This document shows, in pieces, positions 48,695 through 58,914 of a stretch of 64,000 nt of DNA. Numbering within the stretch: the first letter of the stretch is position 1; every line of letters starts with the position of its first letter. Source of the DNA: Candidatus Poribacteria bacterium (GTDB taxonomy: Bacteria; Poribacteria; WGA-4E; WGA-3G); contig OZ240248.1 in NCBI GenBank assembly GCA_965198235.1, forward strand, positions 2,848,001 through 2,912,000, in the 5' to 3' direction. The position numbers and the translations under genes are program-made. The notes below the pieces were generated by a model. It searched no databases. It was not told where the DNA came from and saw nothing but the letters and a program-made list of their open reading frames with translations.

Positions 48695-49828
48695 ATGAAA
48701 ATTACCGATGTAAAAGCGATGACACTAAAGGGATACAAACAGTGGAACTACGTCCAGATCGAAACTGACGACGGGTTGACAGGTATAGGTGAGGCGCATC
48801 CTGGGGCAGGAATCGCCGAAATTATCCTGCAATTCAAGAAGACGCTCGTCGGCGCAGATCCAAGAAATATAGAACCCCTCTACCACCGAATGATTGGTGC
48901 AGCGAGCAATCGATACGCAATGGGTTTATCGGCTATCGGTGGGATAGAAACAGCACTGTGGGATCTGCTTGGAAAGAGCCTTGGCGTGCCGGTCTATCAA
49001 CTGTTAGGTGGAAAATATCGAGACCGTATCCGACTCTATGCCGATGTCGGACACGGAAAAGGGAACACACCTGAAGGTTGGGCGCAGCGAGCCAAGGAAG
49101 GCGTTGCAGACGGGTACCAAGCAATCAAGTTCGACATCGATAACTCCGCAAACGAACTCAAGCAGGATGTGGTCAATCGGGAACTCAGTACAGCGGAATT
49201 ACAGAAAATGACATCGTTGGTCGCCGCCGCACGAGAAGCCGCTGGCGATGGAATCGACATCAGTATCGACTGTCATAGCCTATTCAGCACCCACTCAGCG
49301 ATGAAACTTGCTGAACGCTTGGAGCCGTTCGATTTAATGTTTTTGGAAGACCCAGTACCGAATGATAACGTCGAAGCGATGGCGAAGGTTAGTTCCGCCA
49401 CTTCTATTCCCATCTGTACCGGCGAATTCCTGTTCCGACGAGACGGCTTCAGGGAACTAATCCAGACCCAAGCCTGTGATATGCTACATGTCGATGTGTC
49501 TGGAACAGGCGGGATACTTGAAGCGAAGAAGATTGCAGATCTGGCAGACCTCTATTATATCCCGTTTGCTGCGCACAACATCACATCGCCAATCGGAATG
49601 ACAGCGACAGCACACGTTTGTGCCGCCGTACGGAATTTCATCGTCATGGAACTCCCATATCACGCCGATCAAGTTGAGTGGCGGTGGGATCTCGCAATTT
49701 CCGACGAACCGCTTATGCAAGATAGCGCATTTGTGCTGCCAGAGCGACCCGGATTGGGTGTCGAAATCAACGCAGACGTTGCAAGAGAACATCTCATGCC
49801 TGGGTCTGACCATTTTGGCATCGCCTAA
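48695..49828 (+). CDS. Mandelate racemase/acid-sugar dehydratase (enolase superfamily)
   Basis: ETALWDLLGK, IKFD, IDCH, LEDP, TGE, RPGLG. Confidence 0.92.
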   Translation: MKITDVKAMTLKGYKQWNYVQIETDDGLTGIGEAHPGAGIAEIILQFKKTLVGADPRNIEPLYHRMIGAASNRYAMGLSAIGGIETALWDLLGKSLGVPVYQLLGGKYRDRIRLYADVGHGKGNTPEGWAQRAKEGVADGYQAIKFDIDNSANELKQDVVNRELSTAELQKMTSLVAAAREAAGDGIDISIDCHSLFSTHSAMKLAERLEPFDLMFLEDPVPNDNVEAMAKVSSATSIPICTGEFLFRRDGFRELIQTQACDMLHVDVSGTGGILEAKKIADLADLYYIPFAAHNITSPIGMTATAHVCAAVRNFIVMELPYHADQVEWRWDLAISDEPLMQDSAFVLPERPGLGVEINADVAREHLMPGSDHFGIA

Positions 49829-49926
49829 ATTTCAGCAACAGGTGTACTTTGGGCATACACCGCTTCTCAACTGGCGAGGGTTCCTGGGGGAAACACCCAA
49901 GCAAAAACACCTCGGCACTAATACGG

Positions 49927-50883
49927 TTACTGCTTGCTTTTGAGATTTCCCCAGAGTGTCACCAACTTTTCTTGTGGCAAAACCGCTAAGGGTATCGGCT
50001 GCCAAGCGGGACCCCTATTCCTTCCAGCCTGATTTTGAGTGAGATTGACAGGATTGGAACCGTCGTCATCCATTACATAGATGTCATCCTTACCTTCTCG
50101 GTCAGAAGTAAAAGCGATTTTTGTTCCATCTGGAGACCAGGCAGCCCGATCATCAAATGCGAATAGGTTGTGAGTCAGTTGAATGGTATTGGAGCCATCA
50201 GCATCCATCACATAGATTTCAAAATCACCATCTCGACCTGAAGTGAAGGCAATTCGCTTGCCATCTGGAGACCAGTCAGCACTCCTGTCCCATGGCTCCA
50301 GGTTTTTCGTCAGTTGAATCGGTCTGCCACCGCTAACTCCTATCACATAGATTTCACGATCACCGTCGCGGTCTGAGGTGAACGCTATTTTTGTCCCATC
50401 CGGAGACCAATCTGGGTGACGGTCTGCTTTTGGATGCCGTGAGATATTCGTGGGATTGGTACCATCCGCGCGCATGATATAGATCTCTTCGTTCCCTCGG
50501 TTTGAGCCGTAGACGATTTGCGTCCCATCCGGAGACCAGTCAGCACCAAAGTCGCCTGACGAATTTCGTGTGAGATTTATGCGATTTGTCCCATCAGCAT
50601 TTATCGCATAGATATCGTAAACGCCTTTTGGGTTCGAGGTAAAAGCGATGCGCTTACCGTCTGGAGACCAAGTAGGCCCGCTGTCTGCCGCCGGATTTTT
50701 AGTAAGTCTGACCGAGGCTCTTCCATTGGCATTCATCACATAGATTTCAGAATTACCATCTCGGTCTGAGGTAAAGGCGATTTTCATAGCAGCCGCCGGT
50801 ATCTGCTCTGCCAATACGATGAAAAGACCTACCAATACTGCTAAAAAACACTTCTGTAAACAGATAGGAAATGTCAACTTCAT
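49927..50883 (-). CDS. TolB-like PD40 beta-propeller with conserved C-terminal tail
   Basis: Repeated [19 protein letters not shown]; ends [19 protein letters not shown]. Confidence 0.9.
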   Translation of the reverse strand: MKLTFPICLQKCFLAVLVGLFIVLAEQIPAAAMKIAFTSDRDGNSEIYVMNANGRASVRLTKNPAADSGPTWSPDGKRIAFTSNPKGVYDIYAINADGTNRINLTRNSSGDFGADWSPDGTQIVYGSNRGNEEIYIMRADGTNPTNISRHPKADRHPDWSPDGTKIAFTSDRDGDREIYVIGVSGGRPIQLTKNLEPWDRSADWSPDGKRIAFTSGRDGDFEIYVMDADGSNTIQLTHNLFAFDDRAAWSPDGTKIAFTSDREGKDDIYVMDDDGSNPVNLTQNQAGRNRGPAWQPIPLAVLPQEKLVTLWGNLKSKQ

Positions 50884-50992
50884 AATTTACCTCGTTAGCG
50901 ATCTGAATGAAAACTTTTGAGAACCTTGTATGTTTTAACGTGCGTTGGGTATAAGGGTTTACACAGACGCTTGAGAAACGAGTATAGAAAAA

Positions 50993-52906
50993 TTATCCGG
51001 GTAAGGCACCTTGGTAATTCACACCAGTAAACATCCCGATCACCATCCAAATCCCGACAATGCCAAACTCACCAATAATCAATCCCATAAACAGCGGTCG
51101 GAGTCTTCGATAGGATCCGATGCCACCGGATTTCAGTGCCAAATATTTCAAAAACCAGCCAATACATATACAAGACCAGAGGAAATAGGAGGAATAAACC
51201 GCACCCATCACATATCCAATCGGGTGAAGTTGCCACCACATAAATTGGCGCTGCATAATCAGTAGAAAGCTAGTGATGCCGGTTCCCAAAAGCATGCTGT
51301 ACGCCTCCCCCAATTTCGCGTCTTTCGGGTATTGAATCAGTGAAACCATATGATTGAAGTATCTCGGTGATCCGACGAAGGGACCCCTTTGCAAATTTAA
51401 TCCGCCTTTTTCATAAATCAAGGGCAACGATGCCGCATAGGAAACACCGATAGCAACAACAATAGCAAGCACCATCGCGCCGAGGATGCTTCTTCGATTT
51501 AATCCGACTGGATCCGCCGCTTTGAATCCATGCAGAACGCTCGGCATCAAGATGCCGCCCCAGTCACGCATCATTACCCGCTGAAATCCTAAGAGTGCCA
51601 AACTGTTCGCATTAATGATTCTTGAACCCGTAATAATCTCAAAGTATTCTACGGGATACATCGGTGCCTGAATCAGTAGCATTCCACCGTTGACGACCAT
51701 CCACGATAGCGCAGTAGAAGCAATCAGGAACAGGACAATAATGCTACAAGCGACCCAAAGCGACATCCCCGCGTAGACGCAGAGACCCGCAAGCAACAGA
51801 AAACTAAAAATTGTCCCCAGCACTGCCCATCTATACGGTAATACTTCACCCGAATCATCAATCGCTGTGGAGGCAGCGGACTCCAAAAACGTTCGTCTCA
51901 GGAGATCTTTGATATGGGTTCGACTGTTAAGCAGGAAGGCGAGGACCATAACCACATAGGCAGCCATTGTTTGTCCTCTGGCAGATATCCACGGACTGAT
52001 AGGGATGGCGAAGGCATTGATGATAATGTATTGTAACTTGAAGAATAGGAAGAAAAACCAGCAACTGAAAGACACCTCCATGGCGAGAAAGTAGGTTATA
52101 CCGATAACAGAGAAATACAGAAAGAACCGAAATTGCGGCCACCAACCCATCACAATCCACGGGCGCTCCGTGAATGGGGTGTACAGGTCATACCGATTCG
52201 GAATGCGCGGGAGTGCGGGGAAATACTCGTGCAGTCCATTGAGTAGGTGAAAGAAGGCGGCGATTCCAAACCCTACCCACACGAGCCTATTCTTGAACAA
52301 ACTGTTCAGACCCGCGTGCATTGAGGTTTGCTGAACCATCTCCACAGGCACAGTAACGAGTGGAAAGATGAACCTTTCGCGTTCAACCCACTGTTTTCTT
52401 AATACAACCGATACGCAAATCGTCAGCGCGTAGAACAGTAGGATAAAAACTGTCCAAACGAGGAGCGGTTTTGCCCAGAGTGCCCAAGGAACAATTGATT
52501 CTCCCTCGTAGAAATCGGTGACGGCGTACTCATCCCACACAATTAGCCATTCGGGGAAATGAGGATGAAGCGTTTCTGCCCACTCATTCTCAGGTGTAGC
52601 AAAATAGACCGGTGCCGCCAAGTAGGGAAGTAAATACCCGATCATCCCCTTCGATGGAATCGCTGAACTGATTACCATCATAACCCAGACTGTCATCAAT
52701 TCCCCCGGATTTAGCACCGCTCGGGGAAATACTTTCTTCAGAATGGGATTGACGACCAAGGTGAGAAAAATCAGTGTAAACACTGTCCCCAAAGGAAAAT
52801 GATTTCCGGCGATATCTGTTCCTTGGAGGTAGTAGTCGTTATAGGGGGTAATTGCTGTCTGTATAATGACGAGTGCCAAACCGATCAGAATCGCTCTCAC
52901 GCTCAT
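50993..52906 (-). CDS. Polytopic membrane protein (DUF6785-like putative peptide transporter)
   Basis: LRKQWVERERFIFPL, WQLHPIGY, GGIGSYRRLRPLFMGLIIGE; many TM helices. Confidence 0.75.
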   Translation of the reverse strand: MSVRAILIGLALVIIQTAITPYNDYYLQGTDIAGNHFPLGTVFTLIFLTLVVNPILKKVFPRAVLNPGELMTVWVMMVISSAIPSKGMIGYLLPYLAAPVYFATPENEWAETLHPHFPEWLIVWDEYAVTDFYEGESIVPWALWAKPLLVWTVFILLFYALTICVSVVLRKQWVERERFIFPLVTVPVEMVQQTSMHAGLNSLFKNRLVWVGFGIAAFFHLLNGLHEYFPALPRIPNRYDLYTPFTERPWIVMGWWPQFRFFLYFSVIGITYFLAMEVSFSCWFFFLFFKLQYIIINAFAIPISPWISARGQTMAAYVVMVLAFLLNSRTHIKDLLRRTFLESAASTAIDDSGEVLPYRWAVLGTIFSFLLLAGLCVYAGMSLWVACSIIVLFLIASTALSWMVVNGGMLLIQAPMYPVEYFEIITGSRIINANSLALLGFQRVMMRDWGGILMPSVLHGFKAADPVGLNRRSILGAMVLAIVVAIGVSYAASLPLIYEKGGLNLQRGPFVGSPRYFNHMVSLIQYPKDAKLGEAYSMLLGTGITSFLLIMQRQFMWWQLHPIGYVMGAVYSSYFLWSCICIGWFLKYLALKSGGIGSYRRLRPLFMGLIIGEFGIVGIWMVIGMFTGVNYQGALPG

Positions 52907-53048
52907 CTATTGTCCCCCCTTGTTTCTTTCTGGTAGCTAAGAATTCTTGTGAACCATTCTATCAAATCCTCTCTTTTTGATTAAGGAAAATCTTGAAACG
53001 CAATTCAAACTTGAAGAATCGTCGTTAGACTGTTATACCAGTTGTATC

Positions 53049-55553
53049 TTATGGATTATCACTGAACACTGGCTCTTTTGCCGGTCGGACCACCCACGCT
53101 TCAAAGGCAGCCTCAAACGACCCTGTCGTGTCTCCGAGGTAGAGGTGCTGGATACTTTCGATCGGAACCGTTATTTCTCCGTAGATTGGCGAACGGCCCA
53201 ACAACTCATCATCTTTGATCTCAAGCGGTTCAAAAATCAGAATTGAACCGTCGGTTAACCTGATAGAAACCTCAGATTGAGTGGCTGTCGGTTCTCGGCT
53301 CTCGATTGTCAGAGGAAGAGGGTTTTGTTCTTTCTGACGGCTGACCGCTGATGGCTGATCGCTATTAACACTGACATCGACCACCCGCGCCACGCGGTCT
53401 ATAGGAATGGAAAACTGGCGTAGCTTAGAATCAAACTGAATCGTTTCGCCATTGAAACCCACCAGTTTCCCACGTTTCATATCCCCGTTCTCTGCCACCA
53501 GGATATGGTTCGGTGGCGTGTCTCGGTTGAAACGCGGAACGGTTAACGCACGCTCCAATTTCACGTCTAACTTGCGATTTTTAGATATGCCATCATCGAA
53601 GACCACTTCGGCTAAATTCTGGCCCGGGCGGAGTTCTATTTTCTTGCCATCTACCATGAATATCACATTGCCATCTTTCAAATCTATCACGCCCAAATCT
53701 ATCACGCCACCCTCTGCCAGAAATTCCTCCAAGTTACCATCTCCTTTGAACTCAATTCTATGTATTTCGCGATTATTGAACTGGCCCTCTTCCTTCCCCA
53801 AAGCGATATAGGGACGTTTGCTGTTTGTCGAATGTGCTCTGTCGATATAGTTTGCGTGCGTCCTACCAGAGAACTCAAGTGCTTTCACGTCTGCCGAATC
53901 AATGAGGTGCGCGCTGATAAAAGGAGACTGGAAACCGACGGTCCCGCGCAAGCCTGTAGAGGCTTGCGGGACAATGTATGACGAGATTTGACACGGAATG
54001 ATCTCTCCGCTCTTCAGATGCAATATATGACGGAATCGCGACATGTCAAAGGGCCACACCTTCGATGCACGCCTATTGTTGCGTTCTATGTGAGCTCTCC
54101 GAATGTTCGCCAGTCGTACGGCTTCCGCCGCACCGACGGGTTTCCAGCGGATGAACGATCCATCCTCCACGTCGAATAGAACGCGGCCACGGAGATTCCC
54201 TGACGGGTGAAATAATCTATCCTCGTCTTCAATCTGCCCATGATTCTTGGGACTACTTAATTCCACCCGAAGCAGTGAAGCACCCGCAAATACACATTCT
54301 ATCGGTTCATTCGCGAACGCGGTCTGTACCAACACACTCTCTGGGTTCACTTGCGCAATCTTGCCGCGCAAAACTGCACCGTCGGGATATGTCAAGGCAA
54401 CGGGTTGTTCCATTTCGACTAACGCAGCACCCGGCTGAACAACACGGTCAATTTGCTGGATATCGATGTCATACCGATTTTCACCTGCATCAAGAACATA
54501 ATTACTTTCTTTCTTGACAAACAACTTACCATAAACGACTTGTCCATTCATCATGTGGACCCGCGGTTTGGAAGAATCGACTTGTTGCTGTGTAGAACCA
54601 ACAGGCTGCCGGTAGACTCTTAACCGCCGCACCGTCAGATTCTGACCTCGGTTGAAAATATAGAGACCTGATTCCTCAACTGTCTGACCGACCTCATCCA
54701 ATTTCAGCAGCAAATTGCCAGTAAAATCAAACACCTCCAGTACACCGGTGTCCCCATCATAAGCAAGGCGCAAACGGAAGTGTCGCCGATCCGGCTGGAT
54801 CGTCAATACCGGCTCGAACAGCGTGCCTTGAACGACTACGAGTTCGTTAACCCAAGTTTCCAACCGCAATGCCTCGTACAGGTTTTTGCCAAGCGCGAAA
54901 ACAAAACCCGGAGGACGCGCCGCAGATGCTAATTCCAAGTCAATCTCAAAATGCTGGGGCCAGTCAAGCGCATGGAAAATTGTCGCCTTGACTTTATCTG
55001 TCCGTAGATGACCGCCGCGATCCGCATACCAATCCGGGCGGGCATTCCCACCAAACAGCAACATGAGCTCGTTCGCATCCCGTTTGGGCAATTCCCAATT
55101 CGTCAGTTGGGAACCGTCGAAGATAAGATTAGGGTGCACCCGACGTTCAACGGTATAGATCGCCTCGCGATTCACTCGAAACCGACCGTGTCGCTCACTG
55201 GAAAAGAGAAAAGTCCCCTCATCCGAATCAACTATGTCGGCGATCCAGATATCTCCGGATACGGTGCCAACGCGAAACGCCTCCATTGCTGGGGCGGACT
55301 GCTTCGGGAAAACAACCGAATCCAATACACTAATATCAATAACCAAATCGTCCGAAAAGTAAGGCGATGCCCAGTGAATCACGCCAGGCGCGCTTTCCAG
55401 TAGGTTACCCGGGAGGGCATCGCCATTTTTCCAACGCAATGTTTGCATATCAGTTTGCAAAGTCGCTGTTTTCTGAGCCTGTATTATCGGAGTCCATAAC
55501 ACCGTCAATACCGCGGCAACAACAAGCAGTCTCTTTAGATTCCATTGCATCAT
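53049..55553 (-). CDS. Large exported hypothetical protein of a Planctomycete-type operon
   Basis: Signal peptide; repeated short beta modules (NGDALPG, NGQVVYG, DGAVLRG, SGEIIPC, NGDMKRG). Confidence 0.75.
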   Translation of the reverse strand: MMQWNLKRLLVVAAVLTVLWTPIIQAQKTATLQTDMQTLRWKNGDALPGNLLESAPGVIHWASPYFSDDLVIDISVLDSVVFPKQSAPAMEAFRVGTVSGDIWIADIVDSDEGTFLFSSERHGRFRVNREAIYTVERRVHPNLIFDGSQLTNWELPKRDANELMLLFGGNARPDWYADRGGHLRTDKVKATIFHALDWPQHFEIDLELASAARPPGFVFALGKNLYEALRLETWVNELVVVQGTLFEPVLTIQPDRRHFRLRLAYDGDTGVLEVFDFTGNLLLKLDEVGQTVEESGLYIFNRGQNLTVRRLRVYRQPVGSTQQQVDSSKPRVHMMNGQVVYGKLFVKKESNYVLDAGENRYDIDIQQIDRVVQPGAALVEMEQPVALTYPDGAVLRGKIAQVNPESVLVQTAFANEPIECVFAGASLLRVELSSPKNHGQIEDEDRLFHPSGNLRGRVLFDVEDGSFIRWKPVGAAEAVRLANIRRAHIERNNRRASKVWPFDMSRFRHILHLKSGEIIPCQISSYIVPQASTGLRGTVGFQSPFISAHLIDSADVKALEFSGRTHANYIDRAHSTNSKRPYIALGKEEGQFNNREIHRIEFKGDGNLEEFLAEGGVIDLGVIDLKDGNVIFMVDGKKIELRPGQNLAEVVFDDGISKNRKLDVKLERALTVPRFNRDTPPNHILVAENGDMKRGKLVGFNGETIQFDSKLRQFSIPIDRVARVVDVSVNSDQPSAVSRQKEQNPLPLTIESREPTATQSEVSIRLTDGSILIFEPLEIKDDELLGRSPIYGEITVPIESIQHLYLGDTTGSFEAAFEAWVVRPAKEPVFSDNP

Positions 55554-55575
55554 ATTTCTCCTTTTCAGAGGAAGC

Positions 55576-55688
55576 GTTGTCAGTTATCGGTTAACGGTTA
55601 TCGGTAACAAGAGGTGTTTTTGATAGGGTGTTTCCCCTTGGTTAAACGAAAACCTCTTATCGACGACCGACGACTGATAACCGATAAT
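55576..55688. repeat. Heptamer-arm inverted element (STRR-like)
   Basis: GTTATCG-like heptamers facing CGATAAC-like heptamers around AAGAGG...CCTCTT. Confidence 0.7.
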
Positions 55689-55692
55689 CCTT

Positions 55693-56850
55693 TTATCTTT
55701 CATAAATAGGCAAGAGACGATAGTTCAACGCCAAAGCGAGGATAGCCATTCCAGTACCGTAGGCTCTGCCATGGGAGCTCGAGAAACTACCGTCTTCTGC
55801 CTGCGTCTCTTGGAGCCACTCGATGGTTCTTTGATTCCAAGCCTTCCACGCCTCAAAGTCACTTTGAAACAGTGCCTGAGCCATATAGTAAAGGTTATAG
55901 AACAGGTGTCCAGTACCGCGATGGTCAATTCGACGCTTGATGAACTCGGAAGCGGCTTTGTATTCAGGGGTATCTTTTCTTTTTGCAATCGCGTAAATCA
56001 GGACTCCTATTGCTGACCGGGTGAGTCCACTACCATGACTGCTTGTCATCTGATACGTTACACTCCCGTCTTGCATCGTGTGTGTCTGAAAAAAGCTCAC
56101 CGCCTTGTCAACGGCTTCGTTGGGAATCTCAATACCAGCGTTTCGAGCACCGAGTAAACCCATCAACACAGTTCCAGCTACAGTTGTGTCAGCATCTTGG
56201 GAATCTGGGGAGTAACGCCAAGCCCCCCATGGATTCTTCCGCTGTGAAGTCAACGAAGAGCGCACTGCCAGTTCCAACGCCTCGCTAATGGTGCGTCGCC
56301 GTTCGGACGGGATGTCACTCCCTTCCCAGAGCAGTCGCTCGCTTACTGCACCATACGCTTCGGACAGTGCCAACAAGGCAAAACCGTGCTGGTACATGGA
56401 GCCATGTCCGCCCCAAGTTCCACCGATGTACCCCGTTCTCGCATCCTGGTTGGAGATGATATTGCGCAACGCTTTACGGATGTTCGTGGCATAAGGACCA
56501 AAGTCAGGATCTTCGCCACTCGCCATCAATGCCATGACACAAATCCCTGTTACGCCGGGTCCACTCCCTGCTCCTGACCAGCCTCCATCCTCCATTTGCG
56601 AGTTAGCGAGATAGCGTAAACCGCGGTCATTGATGATACGAACCCCCGCGGGCACACCCGTACCATAGCGAAGGGCGACATCCTGTGCATGCGCAGATTC
56701 GATTGAAAATATGACCAGCAGTACCACAAGGAAAAAATAAAGAAGTTCGCGAGTGTATCCAAAGTGGATAGGCGGGAACTCCGATTCCCGACGAAAATTG
56801 TTGACAACTTTACGGACTTTAGCACACTTTACAGACTTTGAAACTTTCAT
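55693..56850 (-). CDS. Exported prenyltransferase/squalene-cyclase-repeat (alpha/alpha toroid) protein
   Basis: QMEDGGW, SMYQHGFALLALSEAYG, GAWRY, QAEDGSF; GGAGG RBS before ATG 56850. Confidence 0.85.
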   Translation of the reverse strand: MKVSKSVKCAKVRKVVNNFRRESEFPPIHFGYTRELLYFFLVVLLVIFSIESAHAQDVALRYGTGVPAGVRIINDRGLRYLANSQMEDGGWSGAGSGPGVTGICVMALMASGEDPDFGPYATNIRKALRNIISNQDARTGYIGGTWGGHGSMYQHGFALLALSEAYGAVSERLLWEGSDIPSERRRTISEALELAVRSSLTSQRKNPWGAWRYSPDSQDADTTVAGTVLMGLLGARNAGIEIPNEAVDKAVSFFQTHTMQDGSVTYQMTSSHGSGLTRSAIGVLIYAIAKRKDTPEYKAASEFIKRRIDHRGTGHLFYNLYYMAQALFQSDFEAWKAWNQRTIEWLQETQAEDGSFSSSHGRAYGTGMAILALALNYRLLPIYER

Positions 56851-56855
56851 TACTG

Positions 56856-58655
56856 TCACCTCCGCCATGCAATCGGACCGAATACACGTTCAAACTCCCC
56901 ACGCTGCCAAGGCGTCAGGACTTCAAAGTCTACCGTCTGTGGGAAGAGTTGGAAAAACATCGAGGTCGAAGAGCTTCTCTCGCTAAACGGGGTGGGGACC
57001 AACTGCAACGCTGCCGTTTCCAACTGCTCCCGCTGCATGTCATCTAAAAGCAACTGCGTATCCATGCACGCCACCACTATATCACGCAAAGCCCGTTGAC
57101 GCAAAGTTTCTCTTTCGGCTTGGTGCTCGCTATACCGCGCAAACGCCTCTTCAGAAAGCACATCTTTGATCGCCTGTTGGTACAGCGGATAGCTTGTAAT
57201 GTCAATCTTAGACCCTTCATCTCTGGATAATTCATCTATCGCGTTCTTCACAGTGAAGTTAAGCATCGCAGCAGCCTCTTCACGAGTCATTTTGCCATCT
57301 TCGACTTTCTTCATGAGATCCGCTTCAACTTCCCGGGATATCGCTTCACGAGTTTGGTCGTGGGCTTCAAAGTACTGTTGAGCTAAACCTTTGGCAGCGA
57401 GTGCCAAACGTCGAGCCGCACGTTCATCGAGGGTCCCTAACAACTCGGTATGCGCTGCGAGTTTGGCTTCGGCGATCTCCATCATTTGCTCTTGAGATCC
57501 CGCTATATCCGCGTTAAGTTCAATCCAAGGTTGCTTCCCTGGCTGGTCAATCACTATATCGCCGATCACTATTTTAACTTTTTTCTCCATCTCAATATGC
57601 TTGACTGGTTCCTCGAGGATAACCGTAAGCTGTTTATCCTCGACGATATTCTTGATCTCGGCTTCGGGTACGAAGACAAGGACACGTTCTCTGTTTGCAC
57701 TCGCGTTAACCAATCCCTCCCAAACTTTGGACTGCGCCTCACTCAAGACACCATCCAGAGAGGCTTTCAACCTGTAGTGTGCCAGCTGTGCCGCCTGTTG
57801 TGAACTGAACCGCAACGCGTTCATTGAGCTCGGAAAAAGTTCGTTCTCTGTTGCATCAAGCAGTGACTGTACAACCTTTTCGCGTTGATCTGCTCTCAAA
57901 CTGAGTTCCTTATCAAGTGCGACAGTTATCCAATGAACGACTGCCTGTCGATCTCGCTGCCGCCGTGCCTCCGTAAATTCCAAATAATCCTGAAGCTGCG
58001 CCTCGCTCAAGTGTTTAGTGAACGCTGCTTTGCAGCCTGGATGCGACAATACCATTTCAAGCAACGGCATGTTCCCTTCTTCCATTAGTTTTGCCAAGAC
58101 ACTCAGATCGCCACCCTGTTCCAACGCACCCTCAATTGAATCGAGAATTGACTGATGAAGTGCTTTGACAACCGCCTCGTCCAGATCATAACGTTTGCCA
58201 ACACCTTCGGCAACGCGTTGGAGCACGGACACAATACGCTGTTTGACGATGATGTTCATTCTTTCATCCGGTTGCACTTCAAAGAACAGCTCGATTTTGC
58301 CTTTTTCAATCATTTTGAGCGGAACGAAGTGATCACCACCTTTAACGATGCTAACAGGTTTCCCAACCCGATCGCCGTATCCGTCTTTAGATATACTAAT
58401 CAAGTAGCGTCCAGCCGGAAGCCCAGCGTGTTTGTAATCGCCGTTGGCATCTGTTTTTGTTGTCCATTCCTGGTTTCCGCCATCTTGGGCAACAATCTTG
58501 ACTTCAACACCCTCAATCGGGTTCTGAGCTGGTGTTAGATCCGTAATCTGCCCCCGGACGGTCCCACCATTCAGAGCATCGTCTTGTGCGAAAACAACAC
58601 CAAGCGACATACCAACACAAGCAACCACTATTAACACAAATCGTAAATGACTCAT
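56856..58655 (-). CDS. Exported protein with N-terminal carboxypeptidase-regulatory-like domain and helical region
   Basis: GTVRGQITD..PIEGVEV..TDANGDY..LPAGRYLISISKDGY. Confidence 0.8.
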   Translation of the reverse strand: MSHLRFVLIVVACVGMSLGVVFAQDDALNGGTVRGQITDLTPAQNPIEGVEVKIVAQDGGNQEWTTKTDANGDYKHAGLPAGRYLISISKDGYGDRVGKPVSIVKGGDHFVPLKMIEKGKIELFFEVQPDERMNIIVKQRIVSVLQRVAEGVGKRYDLDEAVVKALHQSILDSIEGALEQGGDLSVLAKLMEEGNMPLLEMVLSHPGCKAAFTKHLSEAQLQDYLEFTEARRQRDRQAVVHWITVALDKELSLRADQREKVVQSLLDATENELFPSSMNALRFSSQQAAQLAHYRLKASLDGVLSEAQSKVWEGLVNASANRERVLVFVPEAEIKNIVEDKQLTVILEEPVKHIEMEKKVKIVIGDIVIDQPGKQPWIELNADIAGSQEQMMEIAEAKLAAHTELLGTLDERAARRLALAAKGLAQQYFEAHDQTREAISREVEADLMKKVEDGKMTREEAAAMLNFTVKNAIDELSRDEGSKIDITSYPLYQQAIKDVLSEEAFARYSEHQAERETLRQRALRDIVVACMDTQLLLDDMQREQLETAALQLVPTPFSERSSSTSMFFQLFPQTVDFEVLTPWQRGEFERVFGPIAWRR

Positions 58656-58678
58656 CCGTTCAATCCTCCTTGTGATCC

Positions 58679-58862
58679 CTACAGAGATGTCACCCCTACG
58701 GGGTTCAGTCTCCGCTGAAATTCACCAGACACCGGGGTCCCCGTCCGTTACTGGAAAGGGGGTTTTTGCTTGGGTGTTTCTTCGGATTTCTTCGATGAAA
58801 CGTAGTGGAACGATGTCCAGGTGGCCATAGTTAGAAAATCATTCTCGTGCTGAACTCACATT
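58679..58862. repeat. Intergenic cluster of three small repeat families
   Basis: CTACAGAGATGTCACCCCTACGGGGTTCAG; GTTTTTGCTTGGGTGTTTC; GAACTCACATT. Confidence 0.7.
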
Positions 58863-58914
58863 TTACGTGGAACTTTAATGTGAATTTAGTATAACCGGTT
58901 GAACGCTCTACCAT

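Noticed and set aside
50060-50790. Recurrent GGAGACCA motifs
   Set aside because: They encode the WSPDG motif of PD40 repeats.
55693-56850. Squalene-hopene cyclase call
   Set aside because: Too short, apparently exported, and lacks the DXDD motif; only the toroid repeat is supported.
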